Below, piece after piece: positions 63,578 to 64,000 of a DNA stretch of 64,000 bases. Numbering within the stretch: position 1 is the first letter of the stretch; each line of letters starts with the position of its first letter. The notes beneath the pieces were generated by a model. That model saw nothing but the letters and a program-made list of their open reading frames with translations. It searched no databases and was not told where the DNA came from. The translations under genes were made by a program, and so were the position numbers. The stretch is from Amphiscolops sp. MND2022 (lineage: Eukaryota): assembly GCA_964187785.1 (NCBI GenBank), contig OZ076409.1:79796001-79860000 (forward strand), written 5' to 3'.

Positions 63578-64000
63578 TTGAATGATCTTCGATCTTGAGT
63601 TTCTAAAGCTCCTCGAAAGTTGTTTGATCTCGAAAAGCTTCCGAAAATCTTTGGAAAATCTTTGACTTCAAAGGCTTCCGAAGACCTTCAAATGTTCTTT
63701 GATATCAAAGACCTTCAGAAGGTCCTTGATTGATCTTTGATCTTGAATATCTTCTGAAGGTCTTTATCTAGAGATTATCTAAAGATCCTCGAACTATTTT
63801 TGATCTCGAAGAATTTTCGACAATCTTTGAACTATCTTCTACCTCAAAAAAATTCCCAGGATCCTTGAATGAGCTTCGATCATGAAGAACGTCGGGAGTT
63901 CCTTGAATGACCTTTGATCTCGAAGATCTTCCGATGATCTTCGAAGGAAATTTGATCTCGAAGATCTCCGAACATTCTTGAATGACCTTCGATCTCGCAG

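Larger units (their letters stand above)
55400..64000. repeat. GATC-rich satellite, ~38-bp degenerate monomer, interrupted by duplications and MITEs
   Basis: Consensus CGAAGATCTTCCGAAGATCCTTGAATGATCTTTGATCT in blocks 55400-55812, 57840-58252 and 58780-64000. Confidence 0.92.

Overview
This is a repeat-dense eukaryotic (animal) genomic window. The repeat families look like those of a marine invertebrate, possibly an acoel worm, but that is only an impression. It contains a large, recently decayed Ty3/gypsy element on the minus strand, whose 3' LTR lies outside the window. This element has two unusual properties. First, between the integrase and the missing 3' LTR it appears to carry an antisense, intron-containing gene resembling a catalytically dead hAT transposase. 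Second, its gag ORF starts inside the 5' LTR and reads through the PBS; a solo LTR with target-site duplication (TSD) that still carries a gag-like 5' ORF supports this design. Other mobile elements are a complete but defective BEL/Pao element (~880-bp LTRs, GGGAC TSD), older gypsy remnants, Mutator-like MITEs, Helentron-like HINEs and a decayed, tandemly duplicated CRE-like non-LTR element. A GATC-rich ~38-bp satellite with higher-order structure fills the end of the window. The one convincing host gene (minus strand, 3 coding exons) encodes a membrane-anchored FkbM methyltransferase fused to a degenerate NodB-like domain and appears to use non-canonical GC-AG and GG-AG introns. All domain calls are motif recognition by eye, not database hits.
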